A program made the position numbers and the translations under genes. A DNA stretch of 64,000 nt. Source: an uncultured Candidatus Poseidoniales archaeon (GTDB lineage Archaea; Thermoplasmatota; Poseidoniia; Poseidoniales; Thalassarchaeaceae). Positions 27,337-38,002 of this stretch are shown here, piece by piece; the first letter of the stretch is position 1, and each line of letters begins with the position of its first letter. The DNA is taken from positions 15,269 through 79,268 of the forward strand of contig CAZXZO010000005.1 in assembly GCA_964645485.1 (NCBI GenBank), written 5' to 3'. The notes beneath the pieces are model-generated. The model saw only the letters and a program-made list of their open reading frames with translations, did no database searches and was not told the DNA's origin.

Positions 27337-30300
27337 TCAATTATTGTTTTCATTCTCCCCATACCTGTCTGGAGAACTAGGACGACTGGAAGGTCGCTTG
27401 ATTCCTTCAGATTCAGAAATTAGTGAATGGCTGGATATGTGCTTCTTTCCTAAATTTGGTTCCATAATAGGAATTTTCTCTAGTCGGTCCATGGGTTGTT
27501 CAGAAGTGATTGATGAACGAATTTTCCTGCCGCGGTATGCAGCGGGGCCGATAAGAATCTCAAGTGCACGTTGATCTTTATTCATTGGTTTCGGCCGTTT
27601 ATTCCACCACTCAACAGGTAGAGGAGAACAACGAGCAAGAGGCTGAGATATTAGTTCACGGCGTCTTTTTGAGATGTTACTCGCAATATTTTTTGCCTGT
27701 TTCTTAGGTAAACGAACAACAAGCCATCCAGGCATTCCTAAGTCGTAGACCACGCGATTGATTGTAACAAGAAGACCTGACAACAACAAGTGTGTTCCAA
27801 CAGGAATCTTCTCTGGGTCAAAACTAACCTTGTATCTCCTCAGTCTTTTAGCGTAGGCTATCATTGCTTTTTGGTCCCTGTGTTTTATTACCCGCCGTTG
27901 TAACTTCCGGAATCGTAATGCGAAGAAATGTAATATGATTAAAGATGATGTAATTGCAACGCCTAAAACGTCATTTGAACTTCTATCATAGGCTATCAAA
28001 CCAAATATTATCCAAGTTGGAAGAAGGACAATCCAGTTGAATAATCTCAGGATGAACGAAGGCGTGTAACGCGGGGTCATTCTTCTCTCAATTGCTTCAT
28101 GAGCCGCGATAAAAATATTCGCATTTATTGCTTCATCTTCTCCATTTTTTGCTAATAATGCTGCAATTGGATTTGTTGGTGCTTCATCAATCCATCTCCG
28201 TTTCTCTTTAGGATTTGGCTCAATGATAGCCGATTCTAGTTCATTAGCAGGTGCTGCGAAACCCAGAATCATCCCTAATGATTTTACTCGGGGGTCTTCA
28301 GGAGAACTAGTTTGTAATTCTTCGAATATGTCAAGTGCATCAAACCATTCTCCATTGTCAATCAAACAAAGTGATGCAGCAATTCTTGCCTTTGCGCTGT
28401 TGGGATTCCTTCGAATTGCTTCAAGGGATAATTCAAGTGCTTCTTCATGTCTCCTTTCAGCGCGTAATTTAGCAACTGAACTTATCATGGCGTGAAGGCT
28501 CAATGAGTCTTTGTATATCGTGTCTATAGATGTAGATGGGTCCCACCTCATCAATCTCTTTTGCAATTCTTGCAAGTAATGTATAGCAGAACTATCCTCC
28601 CAATCATAGAAGTCATCATTTTTGACTGAGCCAGCCCATGGGTCAAACCATTCTGCTACCAAAGAGAGAATTTCAGGTTCATCATAACCATCGGGCTGTT
28701 CTAGGCCTCTAAGAGCCTCTCTTGCTGCATCCAATCGTCTAGAAGCAATGTGCCCTGCAGCAATTATCATCCTCGCTTCATCATCATCACCACCCTGTTG
28801 TGCCAACAATTTCCTAGCAACATCAATTGCTTCTGGCCATAAACCACGAAGTGCACATTCAAGCATTCTTGCTCTACTTTTTTCTAATTGAACGACTAGT
28901 TGGTTGCCTTGTATGGAGTCAGATTGGAATCTCCTTAATGCATTGAGGTCATCACGGTATGCTGCTTCCTCAACATAATTTCTCATCCAATCGCCTCCAC
29001 CTGAAAGAATTGCACCTTCTCTTCTCTCATCCGGATTTAGGTCAAACCTAAGGTTCTTCATCAAACTGAAACGTCCAAGACTGAGAATCCAGGTCAATAG
29101 GAAAATTGCTTGTCCAGCAGCTATGAATTGCCAAGTTTCCGCTAGTAAAATTTCTTCGGAAAGTAGGGGGGTCGAGTCTCCATACGGCATTAAATGACTA
29201 AATTCTTTGTAAGTTTGTAGAATGATCAGCAGAATAGAATATCCACTGAACCCCGCTAGTCCAAAGAATAGAACTCTGCCCTGAACTTTTACCTCACTCC
29301 GTATTTCCCTAGGCCTAGCCAAAATGACTCCACCAATACCACCAAATGTTTGTCCTCCTAGGAATAGGTTCCGTGTCAGTTCAAAAATGAACGCTAATCC
29401 TACAACTGCTACGTTCAGCATCAAGTATGATGCTAATGTGATCTCAAGTGCTTTCAGCGAAATTATTTTTTGAAGAATTGGATTATCTTCAACAAATTGA
29501 TAAATTTCCCAGCCTATTATTCCACCCAAGTCAAGCATAGAATTTGCATCAACCGGGCTTTCAAGTTCAACATAAATTAGAGTTACAATTCCGTTGACGG
29601 CTGTGAGTGGCATCGTTGCCAAAAATACGACAATGAGTAATGATGCAAAGCGCTTGAAAATCCCTGGTTTATCGGGATCAATTGCTGTTCTCCGACCTTT
29701 CATGGTGCGCCATTTGTTGATAATTAGGGTGTTCCACGAAGCACCCATTATCCGGCCATAGGCAAGAATTGTGGGAGACATGAATGTCAGTAAGGCAAAA
29801 CCTACCCACCTACCAAAAATCTCATCTTCAGTGCCCAAGGATGACTTTTGATATCCTACAAATAGAACCATTCCTGTTGCCGAAATGACCATTGCAATTG
29901 TCGCAAATGAGCCATACATTCTCTTCAATGCGGATAATTTTCTGGAGTCACCTGTTTGCTTCGAAAGTTGAGCGTAGAGTGTTACGAAGGGTGAAATCAT
30001 TATCGGGTATGCAACCAATATTAACATCATGTAGATTACTGGTTGGTAGAAAGTTGATGGCTCAATTAGCAGTTCACATACGATTAACAAAATACCTGTC
30101 ATTGCCAATAAATAGGCCAAGGAACCAATCAGGACTCTTGGTGCATTTAGTAAATTCATGACTTCGTTTCTGTTTTTACTCAAACGATGTACTTCGTACA
30201 ACCCATCATCTACCTCAAAGGCTACCTGTAAATTTGAAAGAGAAAGTGGGAGTAGCCATCGCCAAAGCATCAAACCAACCATTATTGCGATTGCAAGTGG

Positions 30301-30438
30301 TGCGAGTAAACTTGGGTCAAAAGTACCAGCACTCACAATTGTTGGGCTGGCACTCACAAATGGCACCTTCAAGATGGCCAGGAGGGTGAGAATAGTTGCC
30401 AATAAAGCGGTTTTCCGAATACTACCGCCTCCTGCCAT
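27337..30438 (-). CDS. Large polytopic membrane protein with TPR-like helical region
   Basis: About 10 N-terminal TM segments, TPR-like helices (EALELSLEAIRRNPNSAKARIA) and two further TM segments. Confidence 0.7.
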   Translation of the reverse strand: MAGGGSIRKTALLATILTLLAILKVPFVSASPTIVSAGTFDPSLLAPLAIAIMVGLMLWRWLLPLSLSNLQVAFEVDDGLYEVHRLSKNRNEVMNLLNAPRVLIGSLAYLLAMTGILLIVCELLIEPSTFYQPVIYMMLILVAYPIMISPFVTLYAQLSKQTGDSRKLSALKRMYGSFATIAMVISATGMVLFVGYQKSSLGTEDEIFGRWVGFALLTFMSPTILAYGRIMGASWNTLIINKWRTMKGRRTAIDPDKPGIFKRFASLLIVVFLATMPLTAVNGIVTLIYVELESPVDANSMLDLGGIIGWEIYQFVEDNPILQKIISLKALEITLASYLMLNVAVVGLAFIFELTRNLFLGGQTFGGIGGVILARPREIRSEVKVQGRVLFFGLAGFSGYSILLIILQTYKEFSHLMPYGDSTPLLSEEILLAETWQFIAAGQAIFLLTWILSLGRFSLMKNLRFDLNPDERREGAILSGGGDWMRNYVEEAAYRDDLNALRRFQSDSIQGNQLVVQLEKSRARMLECALRGLWPEAIDVARKLLAQQGGDDDEARMIIAAGHIASRRLDAAREALRGLEQPDGYDEPEILSLVAEWFDPWAGSVKNDDFYDWEDSSAIHYLQELQKRLMRWDPSTSIDTIYKDSLSLHAMISSVAKLRAERRHEEALELSLEAIRRNPNSAKARIAASLCLIDNGEWFDALDIFEELQTSSPEDPRVKSLGMILGFAAPANELESAIIEPNPKEKRRWIDEAPTNPIAALLAKNGEDEAINANIFIAAHEAIERRMTPRYTPSFILRLFNWIVLLPTWIIFGLIAYDRSSNDVLGVAITSSLIILHFFALRFRKLQRRVIKHRDQKAMIAYAKRLRRYKVSFDPEKIPVGTHLLLSGLLVTINRVVYDLGMPGWLVVRLPKKQAKNIASNISKRRRELISQPLARCSPLPVEWWNKRPKPMNKDQRALEILIGPAAYRGRKIRSSITSEQPMDRLEKIPIMEPNLGKKHISSHSLISESEGIKRPSSRPSSPDRYGENENNN

Positions 30439-30525
30439 AATTGGGTCTATGTGGCTACAGTTCTAATCGGTTGTGCCGTTCAGGGTCCTTAGACCCTGAG
30501 TCTTTGAGTAAACCAAATTGTCGGT

Positions 30526-31740
30526 TTAACTGGTTGAGAGGAATCTTTCAATTCTATCAAAAGCATCCTTCAAAACATCAATGTCAGGTAAGAAAACCAT
30601 CCTGACAAATCCTTTTCCAAACTCCGGACTAAATCCAGACCCATGAACCATGAGCACCTTTTCTTGGTGTAATAAATCTAGAACAAATTGCTTATCATCA
30701 TCTTTCCAACGTGGGTGAGTTAACTCAACGAATAAATAAAACGCGCCACCAGGTGTCTGAGCACGCAAACCATCTATAGATGAAATGCGTTCCATGCAGT
30801 AGTCTCTTTGACGCAATAATTTATCACGATAGGAATCCATCCATTCATCATCCGATGTAAGGCCTGCAAGATATCCCATTTGTGCAGGTGTTGAAGCACA
30901 TAGACGAGAACGCAAGAGTCGCTCAATGCCGTCGCGGACTAAAGAAAGTCGGCTGGCTGGATCGTAAAATGCCATGTAACCAATTCGCCAACCTGGCGCA
31001 TAGTAGACCTTGCTTACCCCATTCATTGTTAGAACTGGAACAGGACTCGCCGCTGAAGTTGCAGCACCTGCAACAGATAGATGGTTTCCTTCAAAATTCA
31101 ATCCATCGTATATTTCGTCAGCGATGATAATACAATTTGGCCATTCTGCAGCAATTTCAATAATTCCTGATACTATTCTCTCGTCAGCAATTCCACCAGT
31201 CGGATTATTGGGATTAATTAACACCAATAAACGAACAGATTCATCCATTTTAGAACGTATATCATCTAAATCGGGGTACCAACCATTTTGAGAGTCCATT
31301 CGATATTCAATCGTACTGCCACCGTAAAGAGGGGGGTATGTCATGTATGGTGGGTAGTGGGGCCCCGGGGAGAGAACCTTGTCACCTTCTTGTAGAACTG
31401 CTGCAAAAACAATTTGTAAAGCCTCAGTTACACCATGACAAACGTAGACATCATCTTCTTCGCAAGCCCAACCTTTGCTTTGTTCAGCATTGGCGATTGC
31501 TCTACGAAGTTGTGGAATCCCATACGAGTGTGAATAACCATTTTCTTGGGCCTCAAGCGAGTCTTGAAACGCCTTGACCATGTGAGTTGGAGTCGGTAAT
31601 CCTGGATATGCTAACGGGTCTCCAATATTGAGTTTTAGAATTTTATGTCCCTGTTTTTCTAATTCTGTTGCGGGTACCACCACATCACGAATTGCGTACT
31701 CAATCTGGGCCGCTCTATCAGCTACAGGGATTGGTTCCAT
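30526..31740 (-). CDS. PLP-dependent aminotransferase class I/II (alanine aminotransferase-like)
   Basis: LNIGDP, GVTEAL, INPNNPTG, DEIYD, SKVYYAPGWRIGY and PGGAFY. Confidence 0.9.
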   Translation of the reverse strand: MEPIPVADRAAQIEYAIRDVVVPATELEKQGHKILKLNIGDPLAYPGLPTPTHMVKAFQDSLEAQENGYSHSYGIPQLRRAIANAEQSKGWACEEDDVYVCHGVTEALQIVFAAVLQEGDKVLSPGPHYPPYMTYPPLYGGSTIEYRMDSQNGWYPDLDDIRSKMDESVRLLVLINPNNPTGGIADERIVSGIIEIAAEWPNCIIIADEIYDGLNFEGNHLSVAGAATSAASPVPVLTMNGVSKVYYAPGWRIGYMAFYDPASRLSLVRDGIERLLRSRLCASTPAQMGYLAGLTSDDEWMDSYRDKLLRQRDYCMERISSIDGLRAQTPGGAFYLFVELTHPRWKDDDKQFVLDLLHQEKVLMVHGSGFSPEFGKGFVRMVFLPDIDVLKDAFDRIERFLSTS

Positions 31741-31776
31741 ATTGCTTCCTCATTCATCTCAAAGGGTATTCTGTTG

Positions 31777-32253
31777 TCACATTGTCGCTTGGTCGATTCC
31801 AGCCATTTTGCATATTTTTTCAAAGTATTCAGAAGGAACCGGTTGAACACTCAGGCGCTGGCCTTTCTGTAATAATGGCATTCCTTCCAATTCTTCAGTT
31901 GCTTTCAAGTCTGGTAAATTCAAAGGTGAGTCAAAACCAATTACTGGTTCGATGTCTACCATACACCAACGCGGATTTTCCACGGATGATTTTGGGTCAT
32001 AATAATTTGATTTTTCATCGTGTGCTGTAAAGTCAGTATATCCTTCCTTAGCAACTCTAGCAATCCCAGCAATGTGAGGTGGTTTGCAATTTGAGTGATA
32101 AAATAGAACTAAATCACCAATCTTCAAATCGTCTCTCATAAAATTTCTTGCCTGATAATTTCTGACTCCATCCCAGTGCGTCCGCCCATCCTTGACTAAT
32201 TGCTCCCAAGGGTAAACGTCCGGTTCACTTTTCATCAACCAATAACGAGTCAT
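31777..32253 (-). CDS. EVE domain protein (THYN1-like)
   Basis: YWLMKSEP, WDGVRNYQARNFMR, GDLVLFYHSN and RLSVQPV. Confidence 0.92.
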   Translation of the reverse strand: MTRYWLMKSEPDVYPWEQLVKDGRTHWDGVRNYQARNFMRDDLKIGDLVLFYHSNCKPPHIAGIARVAKEGYTDFTAHDEKSNYYDPKSSVENPRWCMVDIEPVIGFDSPLNLPDLKATEELEGMPLLQKGQRLSVQPVPSEYFEKICKMAGIDQATM

Positions 32254-32303
32254 TGGCTGTCCGGGAGAGGTTCAGGTCTATTGCCTAAGCGATAGATTGT
32301 CCA

Positions 32304-35288
32304 TCACCACACATCATGGTCGGTTCGGTGAGTCGGGGATGCTAAGACAACTTCTTCATCCTCGCCTTGAGCGATTAATCGAGCCGCTCTAATCATTGAA
32401 GCAGAACCACCCACAAGCCCCACTCCACTTTGAATCATCACCGTGAAAATTGCAGGTAACAGCAATAATGCCGATGAAGCAGCGAAAATCAGTAAAATGA
32501 TGATAACTTTGACGAATGGTTTCAGCGCTGGTATCGGAATGAAGAAAGCTGTCGCTAATCCAGCACAGGTGACTACCACTGCTTCAATCAATGACATACC
32601 GGTTGTCGAACAGGCTTCCTTGACTGCCTCAATAGTACCTCCATTTTCTTTTACGCGATTGGCAATATGGATGCTAAAGTCAATCCCAACCCCAACCAAA
32701 ATTGAGCCGATCATAACTGTAACGAGTGATAAGGTGACATCCATTTGCTGCATCACTAACCACTGCATTGATACCGTAAATAATACAGGAATTGTCGTCA
32801 ATAAGGCATATCTCGGGTCTCTAAACACAATAGATAGGGTGAACAGAGTTGCTGCTAATGCGAATGCTAGAGATGTCCACTGGGAACCAACAATCAGGTC
32901 ATTCACAGCGATTGTGACGGCGGCTACGCCGATAAGTTGGGATGAATCAATGCCTCCTGGATAGTTCTGCTCAGCATAGATATTGACTTCTCCAACAGCG
33001 GCTTGAGTTTCCTGAACATTCATGAAAGGCATATCAATGTAAATCAAACTCCTCTGATATGTTTCGTTAATGAATAATTGACGAGTTTCGTGAGTGAGAG
33101 ATGCATAAAAGACATCCAGCAAGAAAATTTGAACTCTTTTATTTGCATCATCTTCTGTGTTGAATGTTGTCAATACTCTCCAAAATGTTGCATCCTGTTC
33201 TTCTTCTCTATCAAAGATTACATGGCAAACTTCCTCACCAGTTCCACCGGGTATCAGATTACAAAATGGAGTTACAGATGTTCCCGATAAGTTCACTGAG
33301 ACTCCCACGGATTTCATCAGGAAAACGATACTTACTGCATTTGTTTTGTTGACTCCATCGGCCCTGCTTTCTAGCATCTCAATATCTTGTAGTTTGGCAA
33401 ACGGGTCATCGTTTTCCGTGGTCGCATCATCTCTATCTCCTGCAACAGCACCATCAATTAACAACATTCCAATTTGGCCTGCGTTAAACTCTTCACTGTA
33501 CTGTTTCATTTTCATTATTGGAGGCTGATTTTGAGGCGCCATGTCCAATAAGTCAATGTTTTCTTCGACTTGAGGTCTAGCCCAAACGGCTGACACTATC
33601 ATTAAAATTAAGAAGATGCTGAGTGTGGCTTTTGCCCAATTAATCGGTTGTTCAACAACAAATTCAATTATTTTTGGTGGCGGGTGACTTGGCTTTTTCA
33701 GGTCTAATAACATGGTTAAGTTTGGAACCATTATCATTGTCAAGAAATATACAATAATGATTCCGCCAGCAAGAGCAATTCCAACAGTTTTAATCGGAGC
33801 CATTGGGGTAATTACTAGAGAAATGAATCCTATTACGGTCGTAATTGCGGATAGTAAAACCGCTTTTCCTGTTGATTGAATTGCAATGGCCATTTTTTCT
33901 TGCGGCGTCCCAGATTCCTCAGCATATCTATTGGTGATATGTAATCCGTATGAAACACCCAGCGCAAGGAGTATCGGACCCACAATGATAACCGTCATTG
34001 TCACCTCATAATCGAGATAGCCGATCAGACCTAATGTCCACCATACAGAACAGAGTGTTGGAAGCCCAGAAATGATGACTACCTTAATCCCCTGAATCAC
34101 TCTAACCTTTCCAGTTTGGATTAGGTCAGAGTGGAAAAGGAAAAGTCCGAATGCTACTGCAACTACACCTAGCGGAAAGATTTGCCAGAAAAGGACGAAA
34201 GAATATTTTGTCACCGAATTAGTGATTGGCACTGGTCCAGTTAGGGTCATTGTTAGACCGATACATTGTGGGGCAGTACCATTTTGCCCATCTGGTCTAT
34301 CTTCACAAGCCGAAGTTTCTTCGTTCCAATTATTCTCAAACGAGGTTTGTTCAATCCAGCATTCTGTGTAGGTGATGATATCGGTGTACGCTTCGACTTC
34401 GCGTTGCCCGCCAGTTTTGCAAACCTCTGGGATTTCTGATGCTTGGAATCCAGTGTCAACAACACCCACGACAATTACTGCTCTATTTGGAAATCCAACT
34501 GTAGACAGGGCACCTGCACCTACGTCGCGATAGAGTTTATCCTTGGCGTTGGGAGGTAATTCGCCAATGATTTGGTTTACTCGATTCTGGTCATCGGGGA
34601 TGCTGTATCCGCCTAAAGTATCCCCTAAGTCATCAATTTGGTCATTTATTTGTTGAGAAAGATTATCTCCGCCAAGAGCATTTGTGACAAACGCCTTTGC
34701 CACTCTTGGGGCAGATGAATTCACTTCTTTTACAACAGTAGATATTGATAAAATATAGATAATCCCATCTTGTTCACCACCATCTGAGACAACCTTGTTT
34801 AATTGCCGTTCAATTTTATCGAGCTGTTTCAGGACTTCGACATTTGTGACTCCTTGGTTCTCAGACTCTACATAGATGATCATTGCATTAGTTGTCCAAT
34901 CTTCTTCAATAGTTGCTAAATCTTCCTTGACAGTTGAACCTTCTGGGAGATATACCTCCAAGTCACCATTGACATTCAAAGACGAAGTTCCCGTCCATTT
35001 GTCTAGGACACCTGAGTGAAAGAGGAAAAACATGGTAATTAGCACACAGAGACCAACTGTTGGTGCTGGGAATCTAGTTAGTGACCCAAAAATTGTCATT
35101 TTTCGTAACTCTTTTTGAATCCTCCTAGGAGCATCCATTATTGCTTCCATTGCAATTTCGGAATCAAAGTCGCTGAGTTTACCTTTCACGATACTTGTGG
35201 TAGAACTTATTTTTTCCGTGAGTCGTGAGGTAGTGGGTTTGTCTGGGGTCTTTCTGTCCCCACCTTCCTCAGAGATGTCAGCCACCAT
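32304..35288 (-). CDS. RND/MMPL-family transporter (archaeal type)
   Basis: Two repeats of 1 TM, a large extracellular loop and 5 TM. Motifs are LALGVSYGLH and GVGIDFSIH. Confidence 0.85.
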   Translation of the reverse strand: MVADISEEGGDRKTPDKPTTSRLTEKISSTTSIVKGKLSDFDSEIAMEAIMDAPRRIQKELRKMTIFGSLTRFPAPTVGLCVLITMFFLFHSGVLDKWTGTSSLNVNGDLEVYLPEGSTVKEDLATIEEDWTTNAMIIYVESENQGVTNVEVLKQLDKIERQLNKVVSDGGEQDGIIYILSISTVVKEVNSSAPRVAKAFVTNALGGDNLSQQINDQIDDLGDTLGGYSIPDDQNRVNQIIGELPPNAKDKLYRDVGAGALSTVGFPNRAVIVVGVVDTGFQASEIPEVCKTGGQREVEAYTDIITYTECWIEQTSFENNWNEETSACEDRPDGQNGTAPQCIGLTMTLTGPVPITNSVTKYSFVLFWQIFPLGVVAVAFGLFLFHSDLIQTGKVRVIQGIKVVIISGLPTLCSVWWTLGLIGYLDYEVTMTVIIVGPILLALGVSYGLHITNRYAEESGTPQEKMAIAIQSTGKAVLLSAITTVIGFISLVITPMAPIKTVGIALAGGIIIVYFLTMIMVPNLTMLLDLKKPSHPPPKIIEFVVEQPINWAKATLSIFLILMIVSAVWARPQVEENIDLLDMAPQNQPPIMKMKQYSEEFNAGQIGMLLIDGAVAGDRDDATTENDDPFAKLQDIEMLESRADGVNKTNAVSIVFLMKSVGVSVNLSGTSVTPFCNLIPGGTGEEVCHVIFDREEEQDATFWRVLTTFNTEDDANKRVQIFLLDVFYASLTHETRQLFINETYQRSLIYIDMPFMNVQETQAAVGEVNIYAEQNYPGGIDSSQLIGVAAVTIAVNDLIVGSQWTSLAFALAATLFTLSIVFRDPRYALLTTIPVLFTVSMQWLVMQQMDVTLSLVTVMIGSILVGVGIDFSIHIANRVKENGGTIEAVKEACSTTGMSLIEAVVVTCAGLATAFFIPIPALKPFVKVIIILLIFAASSALLLLPAIFTVMIQSGVGLVGGSASMIRAARLIAQGEDEEVVLASPTHRTDHDVW

Positions 35289-35311
35289 TACGCCCTGCCA
35301 ACAAGTCCGCC

Positions 35312-35318
35312 TTTAATA
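35312..35318 (-). promoter_or_regulatory. TATA box, probable leaderless transcript of the RND gene
   Basis: TATTAAA ends 24 nt upstream of the ATG at 35288. Confidence 0.45.
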
Positions 35319-35508
35319 TCTCAGCCATATGGTCCTCAATATGTATGATTGAGGCGCCTTGGAAAAGAGCCAAATTATCATTCTCGAAGTAACCCAAGGT
35401 TGATGCTCTGTCTTATGCAAAAGCGGCATCCTCATGAATGGTGACTCAGCGCCCTTAGTTTGAGGATACTTGCAGTTGACGTGTGAGAGGGCCTTGGTGG
35501 GATAATTA

Positions 35509-37998
35509 ATGGCAGATCCGCGTATAACTGAGAAGCGATGGACAATTGACTTAGAAAAGCGAATCCAAGAAGAGCATTATTCTGACCCAGAACTCTACAA
35601 TTCGAGGTACGGGTTCAACCCTAAATCGGAAAAAGAACTGTTTGTGATTGACACACCACCTCCATACCCTAGTGGTACTTGGCATATTGGAGCAGTTGCC
35701 CAATATTCTATGATTGATGTTATTGCTAGAAGCCAACGTCTGATGGGGAAAGAGGTTTACTTCCCATGGGGTGTAGACAGAAACGGTATCAACATTGAAT
35801 TCACCGTTGAGAAAAATACTGATAGAAAAATGAAAACTTATGACCGCGCAGAATTCTTACGATTGTGTGAAGAAACAATTGAGGAATTCACTCAAGCTAT
35901 GCGTGAAACGGCAAGCCGAGTTGGTTTATCATGTGATTTTGCTAAAGAATACCTCACCGACTCTCCTGAATATCGGGCAGTAACTCAGGCGATTTTCGTA
36001 GATTTATTCAAGCGGGGAGAAATTGTTGAGGATTTGCGTCCAAATATTTACGACCCTGTAGAAGGAACGACAATTGCAGATGCAGAAGTTGAAAGGTTAC
36101 ACAGAATGACTCAACTTGTAGATGTCAGATGGACAACCGATAGCGGAGAAGATATCACAATCTCAACCACTCGCCCTGAATTAATTTGCGCTTGTGGCGT
36201 TGTCGTGGTACATCCAGACGATGAAAGATACCTGCATCTTATAGGACAACAAATACATCTGCCAGTAGACGTTCAAGGCCGTGGTACTAGCGTTGAAATT
36301 CTAGCCCATCCATCAGTAAAATCCGATTTTGGTTCCGGAGTTTTGATGGTTTGTTCTTTTGGTGACCAAAATGACGTGGCTGTTTTCAGAGAATTGGGAT
36401 TAACTCCTTTCCAAGCAATTGGATTAGATGGATGCATGACAGAAATTAGTGGGCCGTTAGAAGGATTGACTGTTCTAGATGCCCGCCAGGCTGTAATAGA
36501 AAGTCTAGAGGCATCGGGCAGAATTGTCTCCATTGAGGAGAGGCAGCAAGAAGTTCCTGTTTCTGAAAGAGGCAAAAATCCTGTTGAAATCATTTTGCTG
36601 AAGGAATGGTATATCCGTCAGACTCACAAGCAAGACAGGATTGCTGAATTAGCTGATGAAATTAATTTTACACCGCCTAGGAACAAACAATTTCTGCTAG
36701 ATTGGATGGAAAATATTTCAATTGATTGGCCAATTAGTAGAAGGCGATGGTATCATACAGAGATTCCAATTTGGTACTCAGAGGACCAGCAGAAAGTCAT
36801 TGTTCCTCCAATCGGCACCTATGTTCAGCCATGGTGCGAATCACCACCTTCAAATTCAAGAGTTCTAGATAGGGAAACAAAAGAAGACCTAGGGGAATGG
36901 TCAGAACTGAGAGGTAACCTTGGGAATGTTGTAGGAGAAGAAAAAGTGTTCGATACTTGGATGGATTCCTCCAACTCTAATCTTTATGTTTCTGGGTATC
37001 TCAATGATAATGACACATTTGAGAGGGCGTTCCCTACAGGGTTACGACCTCAAGGTAAGGAAATTGTACGTACATGGTTGTACTACACTTTATTGAAATC
37101 TGCCCTTTTGTTTGACAAACCCGGTTTCAAGAATGTCTGGATTGACGGACTTGGGATGGACCCATGGGGTAGGAAAATGTCGAAGTCATTAGGAAACGGA
37201 ATTGATGCTGATTCTGTTTTAGAATGTGGTGCTGGTGGAAGGACTGGTTCTTGGAAGGTCAAGGGACCAAATAAAACAGTCAATCTGAAAGCCAACAAAA
37301 TAGGATCAGAATGTTTCCGATTATGGAAGGCTTGTGATGCACAAGTTGGCGATGACTTCCAAATCAATCCCGAAGAAATTGAGGCAAAATATTACGGTGT
37401 TTTGACAAAATTGTTCAATGTGGCTAGGTTTGCTAGTCAGTTTGAAATCCCGGATGATTTAGATTCTGTTCCCGCTGACTTAAGCATGTCAGAACAATGG
37501 ATCTTATCAGAATTTGCCCAAGTTAATCTGACCGTTCGGACTGCTTGGGAAAATATAGATATCTATACTGCTGCCCAATCTATCAAAAATTTTGGTACAG
37601 GAATTTTCCCAAGTCATTGGCTTGAAATGGCAAAAACAAGACTCTACGATGGGGACCTTGGTGCAGCATGGACAGTACATCGAATTGTAAGAGATTTACT
37701 AACTATGTTTAGTCCGATTTGTCCATTCCTTTGCCACCATCTTTCGTCAACATTGTACGGTGTATCTGCAGTTGATATCCGAGCGTTTCCAGAATTGCCA
37801 ATTAGTGAATTGGGAGACTCTGAATTAGGAGAAAAATTACGCCAATATTCTCCAATAATTACCGAATTTAATTCAGATGTGTGGGCTGCCAAGAACGAGG
37901 CTGGACTAGGGAGAGGAAAACCAATTTCAGGAATTGGGATTCCTTCGCAATTAGATGACTTCTCTAGCCACCTGATTACCATGCATAAACTTGAGTGA
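35509..37998 (+). CDS. valS: Valyl-tRNA synthetase (archaeal type)
   Basis: DTPPPYPSG, HIGA, TTRPEL, DWPISRRRW, DTWMDSS, RPQGKEI and KMSKS. Confidence 0.93.
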   Translation: MADPRITEKRWTIDLEKRIQEEHYSDPELYNSRYGFNPKSEKELFVIDTPPPYPSGTWHIGAVAQYSMIDVIARSQRLMGKEVYFPWGVDRNGINIEFTVEKNTDRKMKTYDRAEFLRLCEETIEEFTQAMRETASRVGLSCDFAKEYLTDSPEYRAVTQAIFVDLFKRGEIVEDLRPNIYDPVEGTTIADAEVERLHRMTQLVDVRWTTDSGEDITISTTRPELICACGVVVVHPDDERYLHLIGQQIHLPVDVQGRGTSVEILAHPSVKSDFGSGVLMVCSFGDQNDVAVFRELGLTPFQAIGLDGCMTEISGPLEGLTVLDARQAVIESLEASGRIVSIEERQQEVPVSERGKNPVEIILLKEWYIRQTHKQDRIAELADEINFTPPRNKQFLLDWMENISIDWPISRRRWYHTEIPIWYSEDQQKVIVPPIGTYVQPWCESPPSNSRVLDRETKEDLGEWSELRGNLGNVVGEEKVFDTWMDSSNSNLYVSGYLNDNDTFERAFPTGLRPQGKEIVRTWLYYTLLKSALLFDKPGFKNVWIDGLGMDPWGRKMSKSLGNGIDADSVLECGAGGRTGSWKVKGPNKTVNLKANKIGSECFRLWKACDAQVGDDFQINPEEIEAKYYGVLTKLFNVARFASQFEIPDDLDSVPADLSMSEQWILSEFAQVNLTVRTAWENIDIYTAAQSIKNFGTGIFPSHWLEMAKTRLYDGDLGAAWTVHRIVRDLLTMFSPICPFLCHHLSSTLYGVSAVDIRAFPELPISELGDSELGEKLRQYSPIITEFNSDVWAAKNEAGLGRGKPISGIGIPSQLDDFSSHLITMHKLE

Positions 37999-38002
37999 AG
38001 TG

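Noticed and set aside
31777-32253. EVE protein as part of a modified-DNA defence system linked to the que genes
   Set aside because: It is a stand-alone THYN1-like gene among housekeeping genes, about 29 kb from the que operon, with no nuclease or toxin partner.
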